In this document: in pieces, positions 53,586-64,000 of the stretch | Layout: every line of letters starts with the position of its first letter | Position numbering within the stretch: the stretch's first letter is position 1 | From: Rhodoferax sp. | GTDB lineage: Bacteria; Pseudomonadota; Gammaproteobacteria; Burkholderiales; Burkholderiaceae_C | Length of the DNA: 64,000 nt | Assembly: GCF_030646845.1 (NCBI RefSeq) | Contig: NZ_JAUSLE010000031.1 | Location: 31,892 to 95,891 of the forward strand | Direction: 5' to 3' | Program-made: the position numbers and the translations under genes | Notes under the pieces: model-generated | Seen by the model: the letters and a program-made list of their open reading frames with translations, nothing else | What the model was told of the DNA's origin: nothing | Databases searched by the model: none

Positions 53586-54253
53586 CCCCAGAGATCGAGC
53601 GGCGGGTCCGTCACCACCGCACGCAGGATGTCGGACCGCGAGACAAAACCGGTCACCAGCCCCTGCTCGTCAACCACCGGAAGACCTGGCAGACCCGTTT
53701 CCAGCAGCACACGGGCCACCCGCCGGATATCGGTAGCCGGTGAAACGCTGGGCATCGGCGTCCACATGATGTCCACGACGCTTTGCGCCAGCAGGGCCCG
53801 CCAGACCAGCACATTGCTGTCTGGCCTGGGCAGCCGCTCGGGGCGCAGCAAATCAGCGCGAGACAGCAAACCAACCAGCGTCCCCGCCCCGTTCACCACA
53901 GGGGCCTGCCCAACACCCTGCAGGAAGAGGATTTGCCAGGCCTCCAGCACCGTTGCGGTATCCGGTACGGTGATCACCGTACGGCTCATCAGGGCATCCA
54001 CCTGACTCAGGGGATGGCGCGCCAGCATGGGCTTCTGGGTCTGGGCGTAGGCCGCCAGTGCGCTGCGATGCGCCTCGTCGCTGGGGACGGGTTGCGCCAC
54101 GCCGGTCAATAGGCCCGATGCAGCGTCTCGCCCATCGCGGCCGACCGCATCGACTGGATTGGTGCGGGCAACAGAAGCTACCGCGCCTATTTGACGCAGG
54201 CCCTCCAGCGAGCCACGAAACACCTGCCCTGATATGCCATACACCGAGAACAT
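53582..54253 (-). CDS. CBS-domain protein
   Basis: Two CBS repeats (APVVN...GLLSRADL; LPVVD...GFVSRSDI). Confidence 0.88.
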   Translation of the reverse strand: MFSVYGISGQVFRGSLEGLRQIGAVASVARTNPVDAVGRDGRDAASGLLTGVAQPVPSDEAHRSALAAYAQTQKPMLARHPLSQVDALMSRTVITVPDTATVLEAWQILFLQGVGQAPVVNGAGTLVGLLSRADLLRPERLPRPDSNVLVWRALLAQSVVDIMWTPMPSVSPATDIRRVARVLLETGLPGLPVVDEQGLVTGFVSRSDILRAVVTDPPLDLWG

Positions 54254-54316
54254 GGTTCAGCCCTTCCGTCGTTCGATCCGACTATAGCGCGGCAACGCCA
54301 ACACGCCGGAGAAACC

Positions 54317-55549
54317 TTAGCGGTCCGACGGCAGGAACAGCGCCTGCAGGTCATTCAGGAAGTCAAATCCACGCACACTGGGTTTGACGCGGGCAAAGTC
54401 GCGCTCGATCAGGCCCTTGCGTTCGGCCTCTTCCAGCCCCTTTTGAATGGCGCTGAGGGGCAAGCCGGTACGCTCACAGAACTGCTGCAAGTCAAAGCCA
54501 TCTTTCAAGCGCAAGGCATTCAGCATGAATTCAAACGGCAGGTCTGCGCGGCTGACTTCCGTGTCCTGCGCCAGGCAATGGCCGGCCAGTGCTTTTTCCA
54601 TATACAGGCGGGGCTCACGAAAACGCACCTGACGCACCACCCGGTGGGCGAAGCTGAGCTTGCTGTGGGCGCCGGCGCCCAGCCCCAGGTAGTCGCCAAA
54701 CTGCCAGTAATTGAGATTGTGAAAACAGCGGTGGCCATGGCGCGCATAGGCTGACACTTCGTAGCGCTGCAGCCCGGCTTCCCCCGTCATGTCGGTGATG
54801 AGATCCAGCATGTCGTACGCCGTATCGTCTTCCGGGATCACCGGTGGATATTTGGCGAAATACGTGTTGGGCTCGATGGTGAGGTGATAGATCGAGATAT
54901 GCGGCGGCGCCAGCGCCAGGGCGGTCGCCATGTCCTGTTTGAGATCGGCCAGCGTCTGGCCGGGTAGCGCGTACATGATGTCCAGATTGAAGGTGTCGAA
55001 AGACTGCGCCGCCTCCTCTACCGCGGCCAGCGCCTGGGCCCGGTCGTGTACCCGCCCCAGGGTTTTCAAAAAGTCATCGTTGAAGCTCTGCACGCCCACC
55101 GACAGTCGGGTGACGCCAGCAGACCGGAAGACCCGGAAACGGTCCTTCTCGAACGTACCCGGATTGGCCTCCAGCGTAATCTCGCAGTCGGGCTCCAGCC
55201 GGAGGCGGGCGCGAATGCCGCCCAGCAAGCGGTCAATGGCCTCGGGCGAAAACAGGCTGGGCGTCCCGCCGCCAATAAAAATACTGTGCACTGCGCGGCC
55301 CCAGACCAGCGGCAGCGCGGCTTCCAGGTCGGCCATCAAGGCATCCAGGTAGCGCTGCTCGGGCATTTCCGCCACGCGCATTTCGTGCGAGTTGAAGTCG
55401 CAATACGGGCACTTTTTGATGCACCAGGGCAGATGCACGTAGAGCGAGAGCGGCGGCAAGGCCGCCAACTGCAAGGTGCCCGGGCGCATGTAGTGCTGAA
55501 TATCGTGGGCGACCGATGTCTCGGCCGTCACTGGCTGAATGGGGATCAT
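54317..55549 (-). CDS. hemW: Radical SAM heme chaperone
   Basis: YVHLPWCIKKCPYCDF, GGGTPS and HNLNYW motifs. Confidence 0.93.
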   Translation of the reverse strand: MIPIQPVTAETSVAHDIQHYMRPGTLQLAALPPLSLYVHLPWCIKKCPYCDFNSHEMRVAEMPEQRYLDALMADLEAALPLVWGRAVHSIFIGGGTPSLFSPEAIDRLLGGIRARLRLEPDCEITLEANPGTFEKDRFRVFRSAGVTRLSVGVQSFNDDFLKTLGRVHDRAQALAAVEEAAQSFDTFNLDIMYALPGQTLADLKQDMATALALAPPHISIYHLTIEPNTYFAKYPPVIPEDDTAYDMLDLITDMTGEAGLQRYEVSAYARHGHRCFHNLNYWQFGDYLGLGAGAHSKLSFAHRVVRQVRFREPRLYMEKALAGHCLAQDTEVSRADLPFEFMLNALRLKDGFDLQQFCERTGLPLSAIQKGLEEAERKGLIERDFARVKPSVRGFDFLNDLQALFLPSDR

Positions 55550-55669
55550 GGTGAGTGCAACTGCTTTGTTCCGTTTCTAATTCGATGCGAGATTAGGCGT
55601 ACCGCTGCAGACAGCACTTCAGTGCGGCAAAGCGGGGCAACGACATATCGCATTGAAGAAGAAATGGAA

Positions 55670-56269
55670 TTACAGCCAGCGCTCGCGCATCAGCTCTACC
55701 ATGGCCCGCGCCGCCCGCCCGCGATGGCTGTTGGCGTTCTTAACCTCCACTGGCAACTGGGCAAACGTCTTGCCGAACTCTGGGATGTACATCACCGGGT
55801 CAAAGCCAAAGCCGTTGTTGCCCATCGGGGCGCGGGCGATCTCGCCTACAACGCGCCCCACGGCAATCAGGGGCTCGGGATCCTGGGGTGAGCGGACCGC
55901 CACCAGGGTGCTCACCAGGGCGGCCCGGCGATTGTCGAGATCGCGCATTTGCTCCAGCAGGGCGCGCACATTGTTGTCGTCGCCTTTTTCATAGCCAAAG
56001 CGGGTGGCGTAATACGCCGTATCCACACCCGGCAGGCCACCAAAGGCATCGACGCACAAACCGGCATCGTCTGCCAGCGCGGGCAGGCCGCTGTGCTCTG
56101 CGGCGTGGCGGGCTTTGGCGAGCGCATTCTCCACAAAGGTGTGAAACGGCTCAGCCGCTTCCGGAATGCCCAGGTCACCTTGCTGTATTAACTCAAACCC
56201 CAGCGGCGCCAACATGGCGCGAAGCTCTGCCAGCTTGCCCTTGTTGTTGGAGGCCAGAACAATTTTCAT
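55670..56269 (-). CDS. rdgB: dITP/XTP pyrophosphatase
   Basis: ASNNKGK, ENALAKA, GFGFDP and SHR motifs. Confidence 0.95.
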   Translation of the reverse strand: MKIVLASNNKGKLAELRAMLAPLGFELIQQGDLGIPEAAEPFHTFVENALAKARHAAEHSGLPALADDAGLCVDAFGGLPGVDTAYYATRFGYEKGDDNNVRALLEQMRDLDNRRAALVSTLVAVRSPQDPEPLIAVGRVVGEIARAPMGNNGFGFDPVMYIPEFGKTFAQLPVEVKNANSHRGRAARAMVELMRERWL

Positions 56270-56270
56270 T

Positions 56271-56324
56271 AAATAAGGCCAGAGCCCTCGTAGAATATGC
56301 CTATGAAGCTATTAATTTGATAGC
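56271..56324 (-). repeat. Dispersed repeat copy 6, overlapping the rph stop
   Basis: Minus strand: gctatcaaattaatagc + 20 nt + gggctctggcc. Confidence 0.8.
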
Positions 56325-57040
56325 GAATGTTTCTGCAGTGCGACCAGGTCACTGATGCCTTTTTCGGCCAGCGCCAGCAAGGCATCCATCTCCTGGCGCG
56401 AGAACGCCGCGCCCTCGGCAGTGCCCTGCACTTCCACGAAGTGACCGGCCCCGGTCATCACCACATTCATGTCGGTATCGCAGGCCGAGTCTTCGGTGTA
56501 CTCCAGGTCCAGCAAGGGCGTGCCCTGCACCATGCCGACCGAGATCGCCGCCACGTGGTCGCGAATGGGAGATGTCTGGAGTTTGCCCTGCGCGATTAAC
56601 TGGTTCACCGCATCCTGTGCCGCGACAAAAGCACCGGTGATGGCCGCAGTGCGGGTGCCGCCGTCAGCCTGCAGCACATCACAGTCCAGGTGAATCGTGC
56701 GCTCACCCAGCTTGGTGAGGTCAAACACGGCCCGCATGGAGCGACCGATGAGGCGCTGAATTTCCTGGGTGCGTCCGCTTTGCTTGCCGCGCGCGGCCTC
56801 GCGGTCGCTGCGGGTATGCGTGGCACGCGGCAGCATGCCGTATTCGGCGGTGACCCAGCCCTCGCCACTGCCTTTTTTGTGCCCCGGCACTTTTTCCTCA
56901 ACCGATGCCGTGCACAGAACCTTGGTGGCGCCAAATTCGATCAGGACGGACCCTTCGGCATGGATGGTGTACGCGCGCGTGATGCGCACAGGCCGAAGCT
57001 CGTTTGCAGCGCGCGCGCCGCTTCTGACAAATTCACTCAT
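56312..57040 (-). CDS. rph: Ribonuclease PH
   Basis: [11 protein letters not shown] and [13 protein letters not shown]. Confidence 0.97.
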   Translation of the reverse strand: MSEFVRSGARAANELRPVRITRAYTIHAEGSVLIEFGATKVLCTASVEEKVPGHKKGSGEGWVTAEYGMLPRATHTRSDREAARGKQSGRTQEIQRLIGRSMRAVFDLTKLGERTIHLDCDVLQADGGTRTAAITGAFVAAQDAVNQLIAQGKLQTSPIRDHVAAISVGMVQGTPLLDLEYTEDSACDTDMNVVMTGAGHFVEVQGTAEGAAFSRQEMDALLALAEKGISDLVALQKHSLSN

Positions 57041-57951
57041 GCTTTTTTTGCTGCCGACCGGCGGATGGCTTCGTTGATTTCGGCGATTGACCGCTCAATG
57101 GCGTCGTCGTCCAGATCCTCCAGCTCGGAGTCCAGCCAGCCAGCCTGAACGGTGGAAGCAAAGACGCCTTCGCTGATGGTATCGGTTGAAATGCTCCCGC
57201 GGGTTGACTCAAACCCGTCAGGCGTTTCCCACTCCAGCGCAATGCACGTGACGTTGTCGCTGCTGTCACCGGCCTTGCGGAGCGCTTTTTCCACCAGATC
57301 AGGAACGGCTTCACTCACCGGTTTGTGGCCCAAATGGTAGGCAATATCCACATCGCTCAAACTGCCCCACAGCCCATCCGAGCACAGCATGAGCTTGTCA
57401 CCCTGTTGCAATGCAACCGGCCCGGTAATGTCAAACACCGGCTTGGTCGGGGAGCCCAGACAGGTAAACAGAATATTGCGGTTGATGCGCTCCGGCATTT
57501 TCATGGCCGCCGGAGAACCCTGGCGCTGTTCAAGAAATGAATGATCCCGCGTGCGCGCCAACAACTCACCCTGGCGCACCAGATAAAGTCTCGAGTCACC
57601 GCAATGAAGCCAGGTGACCGCCCCTGCCTGCACCACGGCTGCAACCAGCGTGGTCCGGGGCGTGTCCAGCATGCCCTTTTCGATCGCATAACGGAGAATC
57701 TGGCGATGAGCCGCCATCACTGCGGACGCCAGAAATGCGGCAACGTCAGGCAATTGCGGTTTGGCCTCTTTTTGAAACATCGCAGAGATCGCCTGCAAGG
57801 CCAACTGGGCTGCCACCTCACCTTGCGGATGACCGCCCATGCCATCCGTGAGCAGGAAAATGCCGGATCCGCGGGTGTAGCAATACCCCATGCGGTCCTC
57901 GTTTTTTTCCCGCCCGCCCTTACGACTTACCTGAAAAACAGAGAACTTCAT
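57037..57951 (-). CDS. PP2C-family Ser/Thr phosphatase
   Basis: NEDR, DGMGGH, GDSR, CSDGL and DNVT motifs. Confidence 0.93.
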   Translation of the reverse strand: MKFSVFQVSRKGGREKNEDRMGYCYTRGSGIFLLTDGMGGHPQGEVAAQLALQAISAMFQKEAKPQLPDVAAFLASAVMAAHRQILRYAIEKGMLDTPRTTLVAAVVQAGAVTWLHCGDSRLYLVRQGELLARTRDHSFLEQRQGSPAAMKMPERINRNILFTCLGSPTKPVFDITGPVALQQGDKLMLCSDGLWGSLSDVDIAYHLGHKPVSEAVPDLVEKALRKAGDSSDNVTCIALEWETPDGFESTRGSISTDTISEGVFASTVQAGWLDSELEDLDDDAIERSIAEINEAIRRSAAKKA

Positions 57952-58955
57952 TTGGGTTTTCCGCCAACCGCCGTCGCTTTCTGGACATTCTTCTTGGTGT
58001 CCGACACCATGGTGTCGAACTGCAGACGAACCTTTTCGCTGACACTGAGCTTGGTATAGCGGCGTTCGCCTTCCCGGCTCAGCTCTTTTTGCAGGGCGAA
58101 CACCGACTGCGGTCGGGACAGCGGGTCAAGCGACATGCACCACTCCACCACCTCGATCAGGTTGTCCGAGTACACGCCTCGCAAACGCGTCAGTGCGGTG
58201 GTTATGCGGTCCTTCTCAAGACGCTGTGGCGCCTCGTTCGGCGGATAACCCTGCATACAGGCATAAATGCAGGCGCCGATGGCGTAAATGTCAGTCCAGG
58301 GCCCCATCGCGGCGTCGCGCCGGTACATTTCCGGCGCGGCAAAACCGGGGGTATACATCGGACGGATGAAATTGCCTTCTTTGCTCAGGACTTCACGGGC
58401 CGCACCAAAGTCAATCAGCACCGATTTATTGTCATCCGTGATGAAGATGTTGGCGGGCTTGATGTCCAGATGCAGCATCTTGTGCTGGTGGACAATGCGC
58501 AGACCACGCAGGATTTCGTCGAACAGGGACCGGATCGTCGATTCCCGGAACACTTTCGCCTTCTTGAGATCCCGCGCTGTGATGATGAAATCCTGCAGGC
58601 ACGCACCCTCCAGATAATTCATCACCATATAAACGGTTTCGTTCTCCCGGAAGAAGTTCATCACACTCACCACCGAGGGGTGTGAAATCTGGGCGAGCGA
58701 GCGCCCCTCTTCAAAGAAACTCTTCAGGCCCAACCGGTACAAAGACAGCTTTTCCGGCTGAACTTTGGGCAGCAATTCGCCTGGCGCACGCGATGCCAGT
58801 GATGACGGCAAGTACTCCTTGACGGCGACCTGCTGGCCCTCTGGATCGACCGCCAGATACACCACGCCAAATCCGCCAGCGGCCACTTTTCGGACAACAC
58901 GGTACCCACCTATCATGGTGTCGGGTGGTAACGGTGCGGGTTTGACCTTTGACAT
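57948..58955 (-). CDS. Hanks-type Ser/Thr kinase
   Basis: GGFGVVY, AVKE, HLDIKPAN, DFG and APE motifs. Confidence 0.93.
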   Translation of the reverse strand: MSKVKPAPLPPDTMIGGYRVVRKVAAGGFGVVYLAVDPEGQQVAVKEYLPSSLASRAPGELLPKVQPEKLSLYRLGLKSFFEEGRSLAQISHPSVVSVMNFFRENETVYMVMNYLEGACLQDFIITARDLKKAKVFRESTIRSLFDEILRGLRIVHQHKMLHLDIKPANIFITDDNKSVLIDFGAAREVLSKEGNFIRPMYTPGFAAPEMYRRDAAMGPWTDIYAIGACIYACMQGYPPNEAPQRLEKDRITTALTRLRGVYSDNLIEVVEWCMSLDPLSRPQSVFALQKELSREGERRYTKLSVSEKVRLQFDTMVSDTKKNVQKATAVGGKPK

Positions 58956-59031
58956 AATTTTTGATGAACCCCGATCTCGCCTGCCTGAACCGGGTTATTC
59001 TCAGGCACATTCCATTGATCAAAGAGTCGAG

Positions 59032-59949
59032 ATGCCAGTTTACAGCATGACCGGCTATGCCAGTGCCCAGCACAGCACAGCCAATTCCAGTCCCGAGCCC
59101 GAGTCCAAAAATTCGCCTCCCAGCCATCTCGGCCTGGAAATCCGGTCTGTCAACAGCCGCTTCCTGGACCTGTCATTTCGACTGCCCGAGGAACTCCGGC
59201 AATACGAGCCGGCGCTGCGGGAACTCGTGGTCGGCCGGCTCAAACGGGGCAAGGTCGAAGTGCGCGCTGCCATTGAAACGAGTTCCCAGGGCGCCGTGGT
59301 CGATCCGACGCCCCGACTGCTGCAGCGGCTCAATGCAGTACAGGACAGCGTCAAAGCCTGGCTGCCAGATGCCCGGCCATTGAGCGTGGCAGATGTCATC
59401 CGCCTTTCCTCCAGCGAACAGACCTCCACCCGCGACTGGCGCGAGGACATTCTTCCGCTTGCCGAGAAAGCGCTGCAAGCACTGCTGTCCGCGCGCGAGC
59501 GTGAGGGCGCCCGGCTGGCGACCATGCTGCTGGAACGAATCGGGCAGCTTCGCGCCCTGGCCGGCCAGGCCGTGCCCCTGGTGCCCCAATTGGTGGCACA
59601 GCAGCGCCAGCGCTTCCTGGACCGCTGGATGGAGGCCATGGCCCTGACTGAAGGCGCGGCCTTGCCGGAGGCGGCGCAGGATCGGGCGCTTACAGAAGCC
59701 ACTGCATTTGCCATTCGCATTGACGTCGCCGAAGAAATCACCCGCCTGAACTCCCACCTGGATGAACTGGAGAGACTGATCAACAAGGGTGGCGAGCTCG
59801 GGAAACGACTCGATTTCCTGATCCAGGAACTGCACCGGGAAGCGAACACCATGGGCTCAAAATCCGCGGCGCTGGAACTGACCCATATCTCGGTGGACAT
59901 GAAGGTGCTGATCGAGCAAATGCGCGAGCAGGTGCAGAACATAGAATAA
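59032..59949 (+). CDS. yicC: YicC/YloC-family endoribonuclease
   Basis: [27 protein letters not shown] and REQVQNIE motifs. Confidence 0.93.
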   Translation: MPVYSMTGYASAQHSTANSSPEPESKNSPPSHLGLEIRSVNSRFLDLSFRLPEELRQYEPALRELVVGRLKRGKVEVRAAIETSSQGAVVDPTPRLLQRLNAVQDSVKAWLPDARPLSVADVIRLSSSEQTSTRDWREDILPLAEKALQALLSAREREGARLATMLLERIGQLRALAGQAVPLVPQLVAQQRQRFLDRWMEAMALTEGAALPEAAQDRALTEATAFAIRIDVAEEITRLNSHLDELERLINKGGELGKRLDFLIQELHREANTMGSKSAALELTHISVDMKVLIEQMREQVQNIE

Positions 59950-59987
59950 AGCGACTCTGTCAATCGCCCTCGAAAGCCGCTTCCCGT

Positions 59988-60608
59988 ATGGACTACCCCG
60001 GAAATTTGTTTGTCGTTGCAGCCCCGAGCGGGGCTGGAAAATCAAGTCTGGTCAAGGCTCTGCTTGAGCTTGACTCACATGTCCAACCTTCGGTTTCACA
60101 CACCACGCGTGCGCCCAGAGGACAGGAAAAACACGGACGCGAGTACTTCTTTGTATCCGAACCTGAATTTGACGCCATGATTCAGGCGAATGCCTTTGTG
60201 GAATGGGCCAATGTGCATGACCATCGCTACGGCACCTCCAAGAGAGCCATCGAGGAGCGGATGTCGCAGGGCGCCGATGTCATTCTTGAGATCGATTTCC
60301 AGGGCGCGGTCCAGATCAAGAAGATTTTTGCCAATGCCATCAGTATCTTCATCTTGCCGCCAAGCTGGGAAGAATTGCGCGCCCGACTGGAACGCCGTGG
60401 GGAAGACTCACCCGACGTCATCGAGTTGAGGCTCAAAAACGCCGCAGTTGAAGTCGCGCAGGTCAACAAATTCGACTTCGTTATAATCAACGAGTTGTTT
60501 GATCGGGCGCTTTTTGACCTGAAGGCGATCGTTCACTCCCAGCGACTCAAGTTCTCGGCGCAACGTCGCGCCAGGGCTGAAACGTTCAAAGCACTGAACA
60601 TCCCCTAG
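59988..60608 (+). CDS. gmk: Guanylate kinase
   Basis: [15 protein letters not shown] and YGTS motifs. Confidence 0.97.
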   Translation: MDYPGNLFVVAAPSGAGKSSLVKALLELDSHVQPSVSHTTRAPRGQEKHGREYFFVSEPEFDAMIQANAFVEWANVHDHRYGTSKRAIEERMSQGADVILEIDFQGAVQIKKIFANAISIFILPPSWEELRARLERRGEDSPDVIELRLKNAAVEVAQVNKFDFVIINELFDRALFDLKAIVHSQRLKFSAQRRARAETFKALNIP

Positions 60609-60637
60609 TGCATTTCCCTGGTCTTTCGGAGAATTTC

Positions 60638-60841
60638 ATGGCCCGTATTACCGTCGAAGACTGCCTTTTGCAGATCCCCAATCGCTTCCAACTGGTGTTG
60701 GCCGCAACCTACCGCGCGCGCATGCTGAGCCAGGGCCACGCGCCCAAAGTGGAGAGCAAAAACAAGCCCGCCGTCACCGCCCTGCGCGAGATCGCAGCTG
60801 GCAAGATCGGCCTGGAAATGCTGAAAAAAGTGCCTCTCTAA
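60638..60841 (+). CDS. rpoZ: RNA polymerase omega subunit
   Basis: MARITVEDC...NRFQLVL...ALREIA. Confidence 0.97.
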   Translation: MARITVEDCLLQIPNRFQLVLAATYRARMLSQGHAPKVESKNKPAVTALREIAAGKIGLEMLKKVPL

Positions 60842-60860
60842 GACTTTTCCACATCCTCTG

Positions 60861-60886
60861 AAAAGCACCGTTCGCGGTGCTTTTTT
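60861..60886 (+). terminator. Rho-independent terminator after rpoZ
   Basis: aaaagcaccg-ttcg-cggtgctttttt. Confidence 0.85.
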
Positions 60887-60930
60887 GTTGTTGGCCGGCA
60901 GACTGGCATCCGCACGGCTATATTCAAGGG

Positions 60931-63219
60931 GTGGGTACTGTAGTCAAATCATCCTCCAGCAAGGCCCCGGCCTCCGGTGCAGATCGTCAAGCGACGACAA
61001 CGCCGAGTCCAGCCGCGGCCAACGCAGCTGCGGCCAGTTTCGCCAGCCTGATGGCGAAGCTTGACTACCTGTCACCCCCCGATCTCGAGCAGGTACGCCT
61101 GGCCTACCGATTTGCCGACGAGGCGCATCTGGGACAAATCCGCAACAGCGGTGAGCCCTACATCACCCATCCCATAGCGGTAGCCGCGCAATGCGCAGAG
61201 TGGAAGCTTGATGCCCAAGCGCTCATGGCCGCGCTTTTGCACGATGCACTGGAAGACTGCGGGATCACCAAGACCGAGCTGATCGAACGCTTCGGCTCCC
61301 CCGTGGCTGAACTGGTGGACGGCCTGACCAAACTGGACAAGCTGCATTTCAATACCCGGGAGGAAAACCAGGCAGAGTCATTTCGCAAGATGCTTCTGGC
61401 GATGGCGCGTGATGTCCGCGTCATCCTGATCAAGCTGGCTGATCGAACCCATAACATGCGCACGCTGTCAGACGCGCCGCGCGAAAAATGGGTGCGCATT
61501 GCCTCCGAAACACTCGATATCTACGCCCCAATTGCACACCGCCTTGGCCTGAACCAGACCTACCGTGAACTCCAGGACCTCGCCTTTTGCCATTTGCGGC
61601 CGTGGCGTTACGCCATTTTATCGAAGGCGGTGGCCAAAGCGCGCAGCCGCCGAAGGGACCTGATTCAAAAAGTGCAACGGGAAGTGGAAACAGCTTTCGC
61701 CAACAGTGGCATGAAGGTAAGGATCGCAGGACGGGAGAAGACCCTGTACTCGATCTACAAGAAGATGGACGAAAAACACTTGAGCTTTGCCCAGGTGACG
61801 GACATCTATGGCTTCCGGGTTCTGGTGCCCAGCGTGATTGACTGCTATACGGCCCTTGGCACCTTGCACCAACTCTACAAACCGGTGCCGGGCAAGTTCA
61901 AAGACCACATCGCCATTGGCAAACTCAACGGTTACCAGTCACTTCACACCACCCTGGTTGGCCCCTCTGGCGTCAATGTGGAATTCCAGGTGCGTACCGA
62001 AGCCATGCACCTCGTTGCCGAGTCCGGCATCGCCGCGCACTGGCTGTACAAGGTCAACAGCCCGCAAGAGATAAGCAACGGCGACCGGCTGGGTTCCAAG
62101 TGGCTGCAGTCGTTGCTGGATATTCAGGACGAGACCCGGGACGCCGCTGAATTCTGGGACCATGTCAAGGTAGATCTGTTCCCGGACGCTGTGTATGTTT
62201 TTACGCCCAAAAGCCAGATCATGGCGCTCCCAAGGGGGGCGACCGTCGTGGACTTTGCCTACGCAATTCATAGCAACGTTGGCGATCGGACTCTGGCCGC
62301 CAGAATCAATGGCGAACAAGTGCCATTGCGTACCGAACTCAAAAATGGCGACGTCATAGAAATCGTCACCGCACCGGTGTCCACACCCAACCCTGCTTGG
62401 CTGGGTTTCGTGCGAACCGCGCGCGCGCGTTCAAAAATCCGTCATCACCTCAAGACACTGGCACAAGCTGATTCGGAAGGCATGGGCGAGAAGATGCTGG
62501 CGCAGGCGCTTCGCGCCGAGGGGATTCAGAAATTGCCGGACAACACCGGTGAGCACAAGCTGATTTGGGAAAAGCTGCTGCGCTTCACTGGCAACAAGAA
62601 TCGCTCCGAACTACTGACGGATATCGGTCTGGGCAAACGAATTGCCACCATCGTCGCCAAGCGCTTGCTGACGCTGCTGACGGACAGTGGTGAAAAGCCG
62701 GATGCTCTGCTGCTCACGCGTGAACGGTACACCGCGAACGAGACTGTCTCTCAGGGTGGCGTCGTACTGGATGGCAGTGAAAACGCATCCGTCCAATTTG
62801 CGACCTGCTGCAGACCTGTGCCAGGTGACGGCATTGTGGGCTACCTGGGCCGCGGCGAAGGCTTGATCGTGCACGCGGAAGACTGCGCTGTGGCCAGGAA
62901 GCTCAAAAACAAGGACAGCGAGCGCTTTATCAGCGTGGAGTGGTCAGATGAACCCGTTCGCACATTTGAAACCGAGGTGCTGGTGACTGTCGCCAATGGC
63001 AAGGGCGTTTTGGCCCGCGTGGCGGCCGCGCTGGCGGCTGCCGAGGCCGACATCACTCACATCGACATGGAAGATGAAGCCGCCCAGGATGCTGCGGATC
63101 TGCGTTTCATCATCGCAGTGCGCGACCTCACCCAGCTGGATGCCGCGCTGCGCAATTTGAGAAGAACGCCGTCTGTCCTCAAGGCGCAACGGGCCAAAAG
63201 CGCACAACAGGTCAGTTGA
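60931..63219 (+). CDS. spoT: Bifunctional (p)ppGpp synthase/hydrolase (start approximate)
   Basis: HD domain (LLHD), NGYQSLHT, TGS and ACT domains; gmk-rpoZ-spoT synteny. Confidence 0.95.
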   Translation: MGTVVKSSSSKAPASGADRQATTTPSPAAANAAAASFASLMAKLDYLSPPDLEQVRLAYRFADEAHLGQIRNSGEPYITHPIAVAAQCAEWKLDAQALMAALLHDALEDCGITKTELIERFGSPVAELVDGLTKLDKLHFNTREENQAESFRKMLLAMARDVRVILIKLADRTHNMRTLSDAPREKWVRIASETLDIYAPIAHRLGLNQTYRELQDLAFCHLRPWRYAILSKAVAKARSRRRDLIQKVQREVETAFANSGMKVRIAGREKTLYSIYKKMDEKHLSFAQVTDIYGFRVLVPSVIDCYTALGTLHQLYKPVPGKFKDHIAIGKLNGYQSLHTTLVGPSGVNVEFQVRTEAMHLVAESGIAAHWLYKVNSPQEISNGDRLGSKWLQSLLDIQDETRDAAEFWDHVKVDLFPDAVYVFTPKSQIMALPRGATVVDFAYAIHSNVGDRTLAARINGEQVPLRTELKNGDVIEIVTAPVSTPNPAWLGFVRTARARSKIRHHLKTLAQADSEGMGEKMLAQALRAEGIQKLPDNTGEHKLIWEKLLRFTGNKNRSELLTDIGLGKRIATIVAKRLLTLLTDSGEKPDALLLTRERYTANETVSQGGVVLDGSENASVQFATCCRPVPGDGIVGYLGRGEGLIVHAEDCAVARKLKNKDSERFISVEWSDEPVRTFETEVLVTVANGKGVLARVAAALAAAEADITHIDMEDEAAQDAADLRFIIAVRDLTQLDAALRNLRRTPSVLKAQRAKSAQQVS

Positions 63220-63772
63220 GGCCCGGCACGGGGTATTGCACGCTGATGACCTCAATTTCCACAAGGCCGGCCGGCGTCACAAGCTGAAGCACATCCCCGG
63301 TCCTGGCTTTCAGGAGGGTTCTGGCAATGGGCGACACCCAGGTGACCTGGCCTTTTGAACTGTCCGCCTCATCAATGCCCAGAATCGTGACCGTTCGCTG
63401 CACGCCAGCGTCGTCCATGTAAGTGACGGTCGCGCCGAAGAATATCTGATCGCTGCCATGGTGCACGGCGGGGTCTGTGACCTCCATGATTTCAACGCGT
63501 TTCGTCAGAAACCGGATTCTGCGGTCAATCTCGCGCAAGCGTTTCTTGCCGTAGATGTAATCCCCATTTTCCGATCGATCCCCGTTGCTGGCGGCCCAAT
63601 GAACAATCTCGACCACCTTGGGGCGCTCGTTGTCTATCAAATCCAGCAGTTCGGCACGAATTCGGGCATAGCCTTGGGGCGTGATGTAATTTTTCCCGCC
63701 AGACGGCAAGGACGGCAAATGCGGATCATCATCGTCCGCATCGTCAGATTCCTTGGTGAAGGCCTTGTTCAT
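63212..63772 (-). CDS. greB: Transcription elongation factor GreB
   Basis: WAASNGDRSENGDYIYGKKRLREIDRR. Confidence 0.95.
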   Translation of the reverse strand: MNKAFTKESDDADDDDPHLPSLPSGGKNYITPQGYARIRAELLDLIDNERPKVVEIVHWAASNGDRSENGDYIYGKKRLREIDRRIRFLTKRVEIMEVTDPAVHHGSDQIFFGATVTYMDDAGVQRTVTILGIDEADSSKGQVTWVSPIARTLLKARTGDVLQLVTPAGLVEIEVISVQYPVPGLN

Positions 63773-63812
63773 TGGATTTTGGCGAAGAACGCGTGAGCAT
63801 ACATGGCGCACA

Positions 63813-63847
63813 AGAAAAAGGCCTGCAACTTTGCAGTTGCAGGCCTT
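63813..63847 (-). terminator. Terminator after tRNA-Arg
   Basis: 13-bp stem aaggcctgcaact/agttgcaggcctt with T-tract on the minus strand. Confidence 0.85.
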
Positions 63848-63854
63848 AACTTTT

Positions 63855-63931
63855 TGGTGCGGCTGGCAGGAATTGAACCCACGACCCCTTGGTTCGTAGC
63901 CAAGTACTCTATCCAACTGAGCTACAGCCGC
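63855..63931 (-). tRNA. tRNA-Arg (ACG)
   Basis: 77 nt; GCGGCTG...CTACGAA...TTCAATT...CCA. Confidence 0.95.
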
Positions 63932-64000
63932 TAAGCTTTGAAGTATAGCACGAAGGGCCCCGGATACGCAAAATCATTTGCCTTTTTATCGAACTCAGGC

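Noticed and set aside
55550-55669. Intergenic stretch between rdgB and hemW as an sRNA or riboswitch
   Set aside because: No recognisable structure, terminator or family motif.
57037-58955. Ser/Thr kinase and PP2C pair as a defence module
   Set aside because: Sits between rph and yicC in a core arrangement I recall as common in Betaproteobacteria; no vWA or other defence partner.

Overview
GC-rich betaproteobacterial DNA; gene content and order look Comamonadaceae/Rhodoferax-like (inference). Left part (4.8-17 kb): an amide/urea operon (urtABCDE-fmdA-fmdB-amiE) divergent from a permease-fused hybrid histidine kinase and a LuxR response regulator. A paralogous kinase/regulator pair (43.7-48.3 kb) is divergent from ureAB-C-EFG. 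In that operon ureD is absent and UreC has Thr at the carbamylated-Lys position. Right part: core genes (tRNA-Ser, hemW, rdgB, rph, PP2C, Ser/Thr kinase, yicC, gmk, rpoZ, spoT, greB, tRNA-Arg). The standout region is 27.3-41.8 kb. It encodes three unrelated proteases without signal peptides (CHAT-like, metacaspase, M4-like gluzincin), two MBL-fold hydrolases each directly downstream of a protease, and two patatin/cPLA2-type lipases. Its two minus-strand operons share a 55-bp duplicated upstream element containing an FNR/CRP-like box. This is a candidate uncharacterised protease-activated nuclease/lipase (defence or cell-death) system. Also present: a dispersed GCTAT-N7-ATAGC-N20-GGGC repeat (6 copies), in-frame repeat insertions, back-to-back sigma54 promoters and a 19-aa membrane microprotein. 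All calls come from reading motifs by eye; no database searches were run.
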